Shown here one piece after another: positions 1-12,849 of a stretch of DNA of 64,000 nucleotides (position 1 is its first letter; every line of letters begins with the position of its first letter). The stretch is from Chiloscyllium plagiosum (lineage: Eukaryota), in the NCBI RefSeq assembly GCF_004010195.1, contig NC_057716.1, positions 82,794,987 to 82,858,986 of the forward strand, written 5' to 3'. A model generated the notes under the pieces. The model saw only the letters and a list, made by a program, of their open reading frames with translations. It was not told the origin of the DNA and did not search any database. Made by a program: the position numbers and the translations under genes.

Positions 1-127
1 GGGCATTGGATAGGTATATGGAGGATAGTGGGCTAGTGTAGGTTAGGTGGGCTTGGATCGGCGCAACATCGAGGGCCGAAGGGCCTGTACTGCGCTGTAT
101 TCTTCTATGTTCTATGTTCTATGTTCT
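1..127 (+). mobile_element. CR1/HER1-type LINE 3' end with (TTCTATG)n tail
   Basis: GGGCCGAAGGGCCTGT 3'UTR motif followed by TTCTATG repeats; the last 43 nt are the exact reverse complement of 15995-16037. Confidence 0.8.
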
Positions 128-247
128 AAGGGCTCATGCCCGAAATGTCGATTCTTCTGCTTCTTGGATGCTGCCTGACCTGCTGCGCTTTTCCAGCAAC
201 ACATTTTCAGCTCTGATCTCCAGCATTTGCAGTCCTCACTTTCTCCC
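128..247 (+). mobile_element. PLE family A pLTR end (hammerhead stem II/GAAA plus tail), 5'-truncated at the CR1 tail
   Basis: AGGGCTCATGCCCGAAATGTCGATTC...GCAGTCCTCACTTTCTCC matches the 3' end of the PLE at 47421-47637. Confidence 0.8.
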
Positions 248-2219
248 AGAAGATTAAATAGCAAAAGGCTTATTAAGCAAGGCCAAATTCAAATCAACAA
301 TTGTAATTAATAATTTTTCAATGAATGTTTAATAATTAATACTTGAAGGCTCTTTTTTGGACTCCCCAATTCTTTGGTTTTTCTCCTTAAAATCTACCTC
401 TTTGTTCAATTTTTTTGGGAATGTATCCCACTGTCTCCTTACTTTGGTCCATTCTTAATATCAGTCTGATTGCAGTCTGGTAGAATGCTTTGAAACACCC
501 AAAATATAAGCACATTGTTGATGTTTAACAATGCATCAATATATGCAGAACTTGTAACATGGAAACAGGCCATTCTGCCTGATCATATTATAATCCATGT
601 TACTGTCCAAGCAAACGTACAATTGTAATCACAACTGCTCAACCATTTCTATAGATTTTTAACGCTTTATCCTTTCACCCAATTGTTGAATCGACTCTTG
701 AATTGACATAGTCGCTGGAACTAAATTTCACAGCTTCCAGACAATGGGAATTTTGACTACTTCCAACCTTCGGCCAGCCCACAGTTTAAAAATGGGCATT
801 GATGGAACACAAAGCAAAGGGAGACAAATGCATTCTAATGGCAACCAACAGTGTTTTTGCTGCATCTATTTGCTCATCGATTTTATACTGAGGCCCTAAA
901 GCCTAAGTCAGGTCCTTCATTTCCATCTTCATGTGAACATTTGGAGGTTACCTGCTTCAACTATGGCAAAAGACAAACTTGCAGAGGATTTCAGAGGCAA
1001 GAGATTGCAAACCAAGGTCGAACCCTCTCATTTTACTTTTTCATCAAAGAAGCAGATAAACAAGTTTGAATTCCTCCCACATAGACTGGTGACACTTTCT
1101 ATTAAATGATACACATATCCCGATTCAAAGTCTTTAACTTCATTGTTCGTTGTTCATTTTTCCTTCACTATAATTATCAATTTTAACACAAGAGCTGTAC
1201 TGCTCTTTGCAATCTGTGTCAGAGTGATAAGATAGGGAAGTGGGTACAAGGAGAAGGTGAAATCAGCAAGAGACAACTTTACAAAATGTCGCCTGCCTCG
1301 TAGTAGTATCTATACTCAGCATGCTGCTGTCAAGACAGTGACAGGTCTCTTGACCAGGATATCAGGTGATATATGAAGGCATCAGGAAGAGGGAATGTTT
1401 TGAGAAAAGAAACAAGCTGTTAAAGCTTAAAGATAAAAGGAAGACAAAATCAGATGCAGTTTAAATTTCTTAGAGTGTTTGTTTTGTGACAGTCAACCCG
1501 AACTGTAATGTAGTTGTTATTTTGCTTGCTTAGCGGTAGTGAAATTTGTAGAATCCTGAAGTTCTCAGTGAGTGGTTATTTTCCCAAGTTGTTTTTATCA
1601 CTAGTTGCTTCCTTTGAGTCTGGTAAGCTAGACAGAGAGAGAAAGAGAACAAGCCTTCAAGGTTATGCTATTATATATCGTTGCTCCCCCAATCTTTCTA
1701 CGCTGCCAAGTGAGCTTCTGAAAAATGGTCCATTAGTATATTATTGAGACCAGGCCCATCCCAAGCTGAGCACTTCCCAGGCAATATTTTGTCTCCCAAT
1801 TTGCAAATTATGCAAGTGTGTATTGAACAGGAGTTGTGAAGTTCTTGATGTGGAATTAGTTGTGTGGTTTCCCTGCCTTGGACTGAAATGATAAATTAGT
1901 GCAGCCGATTTAATATATTCCACATAGACATTTTGGGCTTGCCTCAATCTGTGATCATTTTAGATCCGTATTTAACTTCTTTAAAAATTGCTTTGGTTCA
2001 TGATGTTCTCAAGTACAAAAATCAGAAGGTGAAAGTTGAATATCAGTAATCCAGGTTCATCAATATTATAACAAAAAGACAACCTATCTCTACGTCAATA
2101 AAATTGTCTGGGTCCCTAACCAGCCTCAGGCCATCTACTGACAGGACCCACATTCATGGCTTGAAGTGCTCCCAGATTTTACCCACTGTGGATTTCTGTT
2201 CATGAAAAGCAGGCTTTGA

Positions 2220-2460
2220 CAGACACCTCCAAACCTGTAACTTCTACCACCTAGAAGAATAATCCCAACTGTGGCTAGGAATACCTCCACCCACACTTCC
2301 CTTCCAAGCCACACAGCATCCTGATAGCTTCACTGTTACTGGGCTAAAATCCTGGAACTCCCTCCCTCACAGCACTATGGCCACAGAACAAGAATTGTAG
2401 TGCGTCAGGAAGACAACTCAGCACCTTGTCAAGGGCAGTTAATGCCAGCAAAGTCCATAT
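2220..2460 (+). mobile_element. Old CR1/L2-type LINE 3' end
   Basis: AAAATCCTGGAACTCCCT...AAGGGCA motifs shared with 12180-12330 and 13565-14075. Confidence 0.6.
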
Positions 2461-2483
2461 CAGTCTCAAATTGATATTCAACC

Positions 2484-2710
2484 TGAAATAACTCTACAGA
2501 GACCAATATCCAATCACCAAGTCACCCTTCATTTACAGTCCTTGACACTGATCCAGCTCTCTCAAAGCCAGATGTCAGAATGAACAGAACCAAAGACACT
2601 CTTGTATATCTCAGTCAGCCAGGGGTCACGGATCGGACCAGATTAACAGCCCAGTCATGGAATTCATATTCTATGATGTCCACCTGGCTGACCTTATTAG
2701 AATCACAACA
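2484..2710 (-). mobile_element. Probable solo LTR
   Basis: Starts TG, ends CA; flanked by CAACC (2479-2483) and CAATC (2711-2715), a 5-bp TSD with one mismatch. Confidence 0.55.
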
Positions 2711-3769
2711 CAATCAACTCACATTTTTCTACACCAAGTAAATCTGAAAAATAATGTTTGTGATGTCTTGTAAGTACAATGTGATTTTTTAAAAACGTTC
2801 CTGAGAAAAAGTAAGTTTTCTACTTATGTAATATTGCATCATAGCCTCAGGATGTCCCAAAATGTTTTGCCAACTGCAATTTACTATTAATGTGGAGTCA
2901 TTTATTTTTAGGCAAGCATGTTCCCAAATTTCCGCTCAGAGTCCAATTTTAATCCTTTGATACTACTGTGTAGAACTTAGTCTGTTCCTTTAAAAAAACA
3001 AGTTGCAATTTGTGTGCCTTTGTGAAGCAATTAGAAGCTCATTGCTTTCAGCAAATCCTCAGGTCAATTAGAGGTCAGCTGGTCTTTCCTTTTAATATAC
3101 TTTATTTTTAAAACTTGTGACTGTTGAAGTCAATTAGAAGGTACATTCTGTTCGTGATTTTTTTCTGTTCATTAGAAATGATTGGATTGCCTTTCCCTTT
3201 GTTTTAAAGGTGTGACAAAGAAATTTGTATGTGTGATACCTGATGTGTGGTGGACATATTTTAACCTTTTTTAGTCTCAAATCTCCATCCATCTGCCAGT
3301 AGTTGAAGCTTAAAAATCTGAAGATTCTAATTTGGAAAGACAACCTCAACCAATTAAAAGCACTTGATGCTTTTATAGACTTTCAGTTCCTCACAAGATA
3401 GGATTGGATGAAGAAGGCTTTTTTGATCTTTTCATCAACCCTAACATATTCTCATTAGAGAAATACAGCTCTTTTTTTAATAAATGAGTCAAATAGGTTG
3501 GCTTCAAACACAATTCCTGATAACCTGCTTCATTGCATGTTCATCCTCAGTGATAAGAAATACCTTGTTTGTGTTAAATGTTATCACATAGCCTGACTCC
3601 AGATTTTCACTATCAAGTCAACCTCAAAGATTGTTTTTCTAACGTATTAAATTCTTCATCCACCCTCAGAAACCCCTCTCAAAGATTTTTTTTCAAAGTT
3701 CTAGCTTATTAATCAGACGCCTTATGATCTATCCACAATAGCCGCGATATGTAAATTAAGATAACTCAT

Positions 3770-4310
3770 ATGAACAAAAACAGAAAATTTGAAAATATGC
3801 AGCAAGTCAGGCAATGTCTGAAGAGACAGAAACAGAGTTAATGGTTTATATTTCTGACTTTTCATCAGAACTGGGAAGTGAAAACAGGGACGAAAGGAAA
3901 AAGAACAGAAAGAAAGTTTTGTGTTTGGATGGATTGCAATAGAGATTAAATGATAAAGGGCTTGTGGAGCAAGGTCGAAAGGGAATGGTGATGAGACAAA
4001 AACAAACGATGTGCTTCCAGGAAGGTTTTGAACACTGCCATCCACATTCAAAAACAGTAAAAATCCAGTAAAGCCAAAACATAGGGGGAAGTAAAGGAAA
4101 ATTAAGGCAGAGTTTGCAATTTGAAATTACTAAAGTTAATATTGAATCCAGAAGGCTGTCAGTGTTTAATCAAAAGATGATGTGTTTCTTTGAGCATTTG
4201 TTGAGTTTCCCTGGTACAATGCAGGAGCTTGACGACAGAGGGGTCAGAGTGGAAATAAAGTGGAGCATTAAAACGGCAGGCAACAGACAGCTAGGGGTCA
4301 TGTTTATATA
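3770..4310 (-). mobile_element. Old PLE family C 3' portion (GIY-YIG C-terminus plus pLTR)
   Basis: 3775-3870 resembles family C pLTR (cf. 59430-59570) with a decayed CTGATGA core; 4130-4310 resembles the PLE C-terminus (EQHLIF-like, cf. 47120-47190). Confidence 0.6.
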
Positions 4311-4890
4311 TTGAAAGGGGGAGGATTCTTGTTCACTGGACTGATTCCTGGGATGAAAATGTGTTGCTGGAAAAGCGTAGCAGGTCAGGCAGCATCCAGG
4401 GAACAGGAGAATCAACGTTTCGGGCATAAGCCCTTCTTCAGGAATTCCTGGGATGGCAGTGCTGATGTAGGAAGAGAGACTGGATCAGTTAAGGTTATGT
4501 TCACCGGAGTTTAGATGAATGATGGAGGATCTTATAGAAAATGATACAGTTCTAACAGGACAAGACAGGTAAATAGAAAGGGTGTTCCTGATGACTAAAT
4601 TACAAGACCAGGGGTCACAGTCTAAGGATTCGTGGTAAGCTGTTTAGGACTGAGAGTAAGAGAAATTTCTTCACCAAGGTGAGCCAATGAAAATCTTTGC
4701 CACAGAAAGCAATAGAGTCCAAACATTGTATGTTTTCTAGCAGGCATTAGGTCTAGTCCTTAAGGATAAAGGGACCAAAGTATTGGTGGAAAGTGGGAGC
4801 AGACTGAGTTGGGTGATCTACCATTGAAAGGTGGACGTGGCTAAAAGGGCCAAATGGCCTATGCATGCTCTTGCATTCTCTGTTTCTCTA
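4311..4890 (+). mobile_element. Degraded CR1 LINE 3' portion, interrupted by a PLE insertion
   Basis: FTGLIPGM (cf. RFTRLIPGM), RGHSLRI-like motif and GGCCAAATGGCCT 3'UTR motif. Confidence 0.7.
4356..4443 (-). mobile_element. PLE family A mini-insertion with intact hammerhead core
   Basis: 12-bp TSD ATTCCTGGGATG at 4344-4355 and 4444-4455; minus strand reads CTGAAGA-A-GGGC-TTAT-GCCC-GAAACGTT. Confidence 0.85.
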
Positions 4891-5009
4891 AATGGTATTT
4901 TTATTTGGCATCCCTGATGTAGTGTGAACTTATATTGTCAGCAGTGAGCACTATATCATCATTTCAAAGAAATACATGCAAAGCACACTTCTGGTGTGCT
5001 GGTCAAGGA

Positions 5010-6445
5010 ATTTAGCAGCAAAGACACTTGAGAAACAATTGCAGGCATTTAACAAAATAGTTCATGGCTCAAAGCAAAGATATATCCCAGTGAGAAAGAC
5101 AGATTCTAGGAAGGGGATAAACCAAAAACTAGAAGTTACAGATATCATCAAATTGAAAAAAAATAAAACTTACAATGGAGCAAAGATTAGTGGTAAGCCA
5201 GAGAATTGGAAAAGTTTACAAATTCAACAAAAGACAATCCAACATTACCTGAAGACAGAAATTAACCATTTAAGCTTGTTAGTACTATCAAGATAGAGAG
5301 TAAGAGTTTCTTTAAATATCTAAAAAGGAAAAGGGAAGCCAAAGTGAACATAAGGTCCTGAAAGAATGAGGCTGGAGAAATAATAATAGGAAGTTTTGCT
5401 CAAACCATACAAGGTATTAATTAGTCAGATCTCATTTAGAATACTGGGAACAGAATACTGGCTTCTTATCTAAGGAAAGATATATTGGCAAAGAAGGTTC
5501 ACTAGGTTAATACCAGATATGGAAAGACTGTCTTATAATGAGAGGTTGAGTGGCTTGGGACTGTACTCATTGGAATTTAGAAGAATGAGAGATGGCTAAT
5601 TCTTAAGGGAATTCACAGAGTAACTGTGGAAAGGTTTCTTCACGACAAACATTGATTTTCCTTATGTTCCAAAATATCTTTGTTGTTTAATCTCTCCTGT
5701 CCTTTAACAGAATCTTCCCATTTTGTTCCAATTATCCCTTATTTTGACAACACATTTCTATTATTTTAAACTGAAAATAAACTGTCCCCATCAAACATTC
5801 CCAGGACAGCAACAGCACAAGGGTGGATTTTCCTCTTATGGGAAAATCTGGAGCAAGGAGGACATGAACTCAGAATAAGGGTTCAGACATTTATGACAGA
5901 GCTGAAAAGGAATTTCTTCACTCATAGAATAGTGAATCAATGGAATTCTTTATCACAGAGGGGTGTCAAGGCTGAGTTTTCAAATATATTCAAAGCTGAG
6001 ATAGACAGCTTTTTAATCAGTAAGGGAATCAAGGTTATGGGAAAAAGCCAGGAAAGTGGAGTCGAGGATTATTAGATTCTTTACAGTGTGGAAATAGGCC
6101 CTTTGGCCCAACAAGTCCACACTGCCCCTCCGAAGAGAAACCCACCCAAACCCCTACCCTATATTTACCCGTGACTAACACACCTAACACTGTGGGCAAT
6201 TTAGCATGGCCAATTCACCTGACCTGCACATCTTTGGATTGTGGGAGGAAACTGGAGCAAACCCATGCAGAAACAGGGAGAATGTGCAAACTCCACACAG
6301 ACAGGCGGGAATCGAACCCAGGACCCTGGTGCTATGAGGCAGCAATGCTAACTACTGAGCCACCATGCCGCCCACTAGGATCAGCAACGATCTCATTCAA
6401 TGGCAGAGTAGACTCTGCTTCTATTTCTTCTAACCTTATGTTTGG
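5010..6445 (+). mobile_element. Fragmented CR1 LINE (ORF2 pieces and 3'UTR), interrupted by HE1
   Basis: QRYIPVRK linker, decayed HLEY/YLRKDI and GLYSLEFRR motifs, and RNFFTHRIVNQWNSL (ORF 5893-6075). Confidence 0.7.
6072..6373 (-). mobile_element. HE1 tRNA-derived SINE
   Basis: Minus strand starts GGGCGGCATGGTGGCTCAGTAGTTAGC (A box) with GGGTTCGATTCC (B box); GGCCATGCTAAATTGCCC core; LINE-like tail. Confidence 0.9.
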
Positions 6446-8634
6446 ATGATTGAATTGCAGACCAGGGTGTCATGGAGGAAACGCTGAACAAGGAGAGGCT
6501 GTGCTAAATGACAGCATCACACTGGAGATTGCAGAATTTGGTGGAAAATGATGCACAGAATATTAAGGTTAATGGGGTACATATAACATATTAGCCAAGT
6601 TTGGCATTTTTAAAATGAAAATATTCATCATCAATTTGCTACCTCACCAGGTGCACACGTTTTGTTGTCACTCTTACCCTCCCCCACAAGAGAGCACGAG
6701 ACAGAACAGCGCAGTGAATCGTACTGCGCTCCCAACTGGTGCACCAGACGGCCAGCAGGCTGCTCATGTCAGCTCTACAGAACAACTACAGCATGTCAGA
6801 TTGTACAAGACTAGCTCTCTGGTGTACAAGACATTTGTCAATGTCTCATTGCTCTGTGATGTCTGTCCCTGGGAATTCGTCAATGTGAAATTCTGGCCAA
6901 CAATTATAATCAAAAAAAAAATTGACAAAAACAAGGGTGGTTGACGGGGTTGCACAAATCTAACCCAGCTTTTACAAAAAAGAAAAATTCTAATACATAA
7001 TGTGCATCCAACAATGTGCAGGATGGCTGACCTTAAGACACAGAATTGTGCAGACTTGACAATTCAGATTGGCGGAGGAATCTATAGGGGAAAGAAATGA
7101 GAGTGATAGCAGGCTCTGATGAATTCAGAGTGTATTTGATCCTTTTTTTAACAATGAATGAAATTTGCTGTGAATAGCTTGCAAGCAGCTGAAGCCTCTG
7201 GCATCACCTAAGCCGACACTCAGATCACACCTTCATTTAATGAGCTTCTCCAAAGTTTATACATCTTGCTTTTCCTCAGGGAGTTAAGTGGGGCTTCAGT
7301 CATTCACGGCTTGGGCTGCAAGGAAAGGGGTGGCATAGCAAATTTTTGATTAAAAAGCCAAAGTAATTATGCGCAGATAACTGAAATGAGCTTTCAGTTG
7401 CTCAACATCAAGGCTTGGCCTTATCTTAAACAGGGCCTTGGCACAGTGATGCAAAATGGTCATGCAAAATTAATTTTTAATGTGTTCAATTTATATTAAA
7501 AATTCCTGCAAGTGTGCAAAAATATTATGTTTTAAAATATTTTTCAACTGGAATTGCCTGAAGGTGTTGCTGAGGAAAAAAAAGCCTTCAAACTGAAGAG
7601 AGTGAAAGGTTTTTATTAGACATCATGCAGGCATTCAGATGAAACTCAGGTCATTTTTTAACTGTCTGATATAATATTCTATAATATGCTGCAATAGGAA
7701 TAATGAATCACTGAAGGGTTCATAGAATTTCCACAGAATTGTTACCAAGACTTTGTGGATTGATCCAGCTGTGATTAATAATTATTTGAATTTGCACAAC
7801 AATTTGAATGAGACACTTTACCCAATGTGTTCCATATTTTGCTAAACAAATTGGTTGATTTATGAGCCTGTGACCATGACAAAGATACAGGAGATGCCAG
7901 GAACAGTACTAAATGCCAAAAATTGTATGAACCTTTACTCGCCCCAGGTCAAGAATAGGGTAAACAGCCGATATAATTGTGTGGACTCTTGGCCTATAAT
8001 CAAACTGAACATTTTTAAACAGATCAACTTCATAAGAGAATACAAACTGTACTCAATCAATTACAAGAACTCATTACAACTGACACTTTAGTGTCCTTTG
8101 ATATATTATGGTATTAAATTTAGATTTGCTTTTGAGAGTGAACTTGACTAATATACTGCATTTAAAGATGTCCTGGCTTAAAACCTGCTTTGCTGTATTG
8201 TAATGTATTTATCCTACTGAGTAAACCCTGTTGCACTAATTGACCTCTGTTCGAAAGTAAGTTTCGCACACATAATTCCAGCTATATTACTCTGTTTCAA
8301 CTCATTTAAACCCTAACCTCCAAATTGTGTTATCGAAGAATCATTATACCTTCTGACCACCCATGTAAATAAAACAAATTTGTTTGCAATTGGCTGAAAA
8401 AGTACCATCCTCTAAATTGTTGATGCAGCTCAAATGTCACGTGTGATAGAAACAAACAGTAAATGTGTAAACTGTGAGATATGACATTTATCTCATTTGT
8501 GACCTCAGTGTGATAAGGCATTTGCATCTTTATCATTCAGAGGTTTGCAGTTCAGGTCACCCAAAGGTTACATACGACAAATCCCTCAATGCTTATCCTT
8601 GAATTTGTCACCTAAGTGATTGACTTTGACTTAT

Positions 8635-10521
8635 TTTAATTTCAAAAATATACTTTATTCATAAAATATTTTGATGATCTGTGCAATTGGTCATGCCATA
8701 TATACGTAAACATTCCATTTCTTTGCATACAGAGATCGGAATTAATCATTCATATATACAGGTCTGTACATTTACCATCCATATATTTAGCTGAGGCGTC
8801 AGCGAAGCCCACTTACTGCGTGGGCCCCCTGTTCTTCTTTGGCAGGCAGATGTTACACAGTGGTCTTTCCCCACTGTGCCTTGGCAGCAGCTGCCCCAAG
8901 CTTCAGCGCGTCCCTCAATACGTAGTGCTGGACCTTGGAATGTGCCAGTCCGCAAAACTCAGTCGGGGTCAGCTCCTTCAGCTAGAAGATCAACAGGTTT
9001 CGGACAGACCAAAGAGCATCTTTGACTGAGTTGATGATCCTCCAGGCACAGTTGATGTTCGTCTCGGTGTGCGTCATGGGGAGCAGACCGTACAGCACGG
9101 AGTCCTGCGTCACGGAGCTGCTCGGGACAAACCTTAACAAACACCACCGCATTCTTCTCCAGACTTCCTTTGTGTAGGCACATTCCAGAAGGAGGTGTGT
9201 GACAGTCTCATCCCCTCCACAGCTGCTTTGAGGGCAGCGTGCGGGGCGGCAGAGAGTCCGTGCGTGCATAAGGATCTCACAGGTAGAGCCCTTCTCACCA
9301 CCAGCCAAGCCATGTCTTGGTGCTTGTTGGAAAGTTCTGGCGATGAAGCATTCCGCCAAATGACTTTGACAGTCTGCGCAGGGAACCGCTCGACAGGATC
9401 CTCCCTCTCCTTTTCCTGAAGGGTCTCAAGGACACTACATGCTGACCACTTCCTGATGGACTTGTGGTCAAAGGTGTTTTTCTTCATAAATTTCTCCACG
9501 AAGGACAGGTGATATGGAACGGTCCAATTTCTTGGAGGGTTCCGTGGCAGCAAGGGCAGGCCCATCCTTCGCAACACCGAGGACAGGTCGAACCTCAGTA
9601 CGTAGTGACACTTGGTGTTTGCGTACCGGGGATCCACGCACAGCTTGGTGCAGCCACACACAAAAGTGACCATCAGGGTGAGGGTGGCATTGGGTGTGTT
9701 TTTTCCACCGTTGCCCAGATCTTTATACATCGAGTCCCTTCAGACCCTGGCCATCTTTGATCTCCATATAAAATAGAAGATGGCTTGGGTGACTGCGATG
9801 GCACAGGTTCTGGGAATAGGCCAGACCTGTGCCACATACAACAACACTGACAGTGCCTCACACCTGATGACCAGGTTTTTACCTGCGATGGAGAGCGACC
9901 GCAGCTTCCATCTGCCCAGTTTCTGCCTCACTTTCCTGCTACGCTCCTCCCAAGACTTGGCGCATGCCCCAACCCCACCGAACCAAATACCCAGCACCTT
10001 CAGGTGGTCAGTCCTGATGGTGAAGGGGATGGAGGATTGGTTGGCCCAGTTCCTGAAGAGCATGGCCTCGCTTTTGCCTCGGTTGACCTTGGCCCCCGAG
10101 GCCCATTCAAACTGGTCACGCATGCACATGAGTCTGTGCACGGACAGCGGATCCGAGCAGAAAATGGCGATGTCATCCATGTACAGGGAGGCCTTAACCT
10201 GTAGACCCCTGCTGCCAGGAATAGTCACCCCTCTCAAGCTCACATCCTTCCTGATGGACTCGGCAAATGGCTCTATGCAGCACACAAACAAGGCAGGAGA
10301 GAGAGGGCAGCCCTGCCTGACTCCAGATCTGACAGTGAAGCTATCTGATTCCCACCCATTGATTGAGACTTCACTGACAATGTTGGTGTAGAGCAGTCTG
10401 ATCCAATTACGGATTCCCTCCCCAAAGCTATATTTTGGAGAGAACATATCTCATATACGTATGTGATATCCTGTCAAAGGCTTTCTCCTGGATCAGGCTG
10501 ATGAGGCAGGTGTCCAACCCC
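8635..10521 (-). mobile_element. Tx1/L1-clade non-LTR retrotransposon, 5'-truncated, frameshifted ORF2 (RT plus C-terminal zinc knuckle)
   Basis: SLIQEKAFDRISH, GVRQGCPLSP, SLYMDD, LKVLGIWF and CPQSSCGGDETVTHLLLEC across ORFs 9740-10447, 9134-9730 and 8982-9359; AATAAA near the 3' end. Confidence 0.9.
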
Positions 10522-10654
10522 AATGCAAGGCCTATACAATACTGTAGAATCAGAAGCAGAGTCATAAACGTCAACATGTTGCCCATTCCATGTTCATTTT
10601 AGTTAGATTGAGGGGAAAACATGCAAAATTAAATATTTCCACATGATTCAGATC

Positions 10655-10885
10655 TAAGGGACAACTTTTCACACAGAGGGTGGTGCAAGTCTGGAATGAG
10701 CTGCCAGTGGAAGTGGCGGAGGTTAGTACAATTAAAACATTTAAAAGGCATCTGGTTGGGTATTTATGAATAGGAAGGGTATGGTCCAAAAGCTGGCATT
10801 TGGGACTAGATTAATTTAGAATATCGATAGGCATGGACAAGTTGGACGAAAGGGTTTGCTTCCATGTTGTACATCTCTATGAATC
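10655..10885 (+). mobile_element. CR1/HER1 LINE 3' end
   Basis: NFFTQRVVQVWNELP followed by the typical 3'UTR and CTCTATGA tail. Confidence 0.85.
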
Positions 10886-12179
10886 CGTAACGTTATGATT
10901 CATTGAACTGAGTGAATTCCTAGCGATGATTTGGTTTCTTTGAGAGGCACTCCCACGCCTCAGTTTGTTAGGGGACTTCAGTTATATTGCCAACCCAACT
11001 AATGGGTTATCATGCCAGTTTTGTAACAGGGAGCTCCCAGAACTATCTTGTGTTAATACATAATTGATCTGTTATAATGCTGTTACTATACAATCTGCTC
11101 CATTGGTTATATTGATGTGAGACTTCATTGAGCAACAAATGATAAATAACATCAACATGTACATCAATTATAAAAAGAAATCTCTCATTTTGAACTTTTT
11201 TCGAGGTGTAAGATTTAATTATTTCATTTCACTCCTCAAACTTTTAATCAGAATTGGTTTCAAGATATTTGATATCACTACTAGTTGGACCATATGTTCA
11301 TGCCTTATCGAAAGAAAGATGTCAGTCATTGCAGGCAGTATGTATAGTTGTAAGATGCACATAGAATGTGTGGTTCTGTGTATTGGCAGTGACATTATGA
11401 TTTATTGCATTCTGTGAAACACCATTACAAACAAAGAAAAACTATTTATATTTTCAGCAGTCTGCTTCAATAGGAATCAGATTGTACTTAGTTAGAGAGC
11501 TGAGGTCATCATTCACTCCCATTTTACCCCCACCTTTCCCTTAGTGGATAGACCTGCCTTGTCTGTTCCTGCTTTTATCAAGCAGACATCTACATCTGTG
11601 AGTAAAGCTCCACTTCCTCAGTTAAAAAGCTGCATCTGATTGTACTAATAAAGCACAACTTCCTCAGTTCAAAACCTGTGTCAGATTGGCCCAATTATTT
11701 GAATGAGTCACAGCAACAGGCAACACAACAGTAGGTCTTTGGAGACCTTTGAACTGAGATTTCTTCAAAGGTGAACCACACACTGTTATTAGGTGATTGT
11801 CAAAAAATTACGAAATCGCTGATTTCCTAAGTTAAACTATGTTGTAGTGACAGAGAAAAACACAGGACTGAGGAAATGCATGCGGTAGAGAGAAAAAAGG
11901 AAGAGAAGGAGACAGGCAGGGGGTGGATAACAAAATATAATGGAGAAAGGATATGGAAAACAGAACCAAACTTAATTCTGAATGCATTTTGGTAAGGTGT
12001 TTCAGGTGTGAACCTTCCAGGAACACTGTACTAATTTCTTATTACATACTTGATTTATATATCAAGTTTGAGTATTTATGTTTTCTACAACGTGATTATC
12101 TCAGACTTTGGGAAATTTAAATAGAAAGAATTTATTTAAGTGAATAAATGTGAGGTTGATTTTGAAAACTGACAAATCC

Positions 12180-12330
12180 CTTCTAAATCCCTTCCTAACG
12201 GCATTGTGTGTCTACCAGATGGATTGCAGCAGTTCAAGAAGACAGCTCACTACCATCTTCTCAAGGCCAACTAGGGACAGGCAGTAAAATGCAGGCCCAG
12301 GCAGAGATGCCCAACTCTCACAAGTGTTTT
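12180..12330 (+). mobile_element. CR1/L2-type LINE 3' end fragment
   Basis: GCAGTTCAAGAAGACAGCTCACTACCATCTTCTCAAGG..AACTAGGG, shared with 13990-14045. Confidence 0.65.
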
Positions 12331-12491
12331 TTTTTAACTGTGAATTCCTATTGTAATTAAACCTCAGAAATGTTATACTGGAGAGGTAGTTGTTCTGTCA
12401 TGCAGCATCAATAGCAAGTTTCTACCAGAAATGCCTACTCCAATTCATTTTAATTTTTTTTCTCATATGTCCCTTAGTAAGGATATAGAAC

Positions 12492-12695
12492 GGTGGTTAG
12501 CTTATTTGGCTAGACGGCTGGTTTGCAATATGACGCCAGTAGCGCGGGTTCAATTCCCATGCTGGCTGAAGTTACCATCTCAACCTCTCCCATCACCTGG
12601 GTTATGGTGATCTTCAGCTTAAACCACCACCAGTTGTCTCTCTCTAATGAGAGAGCAGCCCTATGGTCTGATAAGACTATGATGTCTTTACTTTT
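12492..12695 (+). mobile_element. tRNA-derived SINE (not HE1)
   Basis: A-box-like TTAGCTTATTTGG, B box GGGTTCAATTCCC, CTCTCTC-TAAT-GAGAGAG hairpin, TTTAC-type tail. Confidence 0.65.
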
Positions 12696-12849
12696 TTTAT
12701 AATAAGGGCATCCATATTGATAAATGTAACAGTACCCTAAATTACGAGAGGCTCATGGTTTATTCTTTAAAAAAAACAGGAATGTGATAGCACATTCCCT
12801 ACATGCCTGGATAAGTGCAGCTCCAACAACGCTCAAGAAGCTTGAACGT

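Noticed and set aside
6290-6373. tRNA-like A and B boxes (also in the other HE1 heads and at 12492 and 38838)
   Set aside because: SINE heads, not tRNA genes; no complete cloverleaf, and they continue into SINE bodies
9195-10391. Plus-strand ORFs up to 203 aa
   Set aside because: Antisense shadows of the GC-rich Tx1 ORF2
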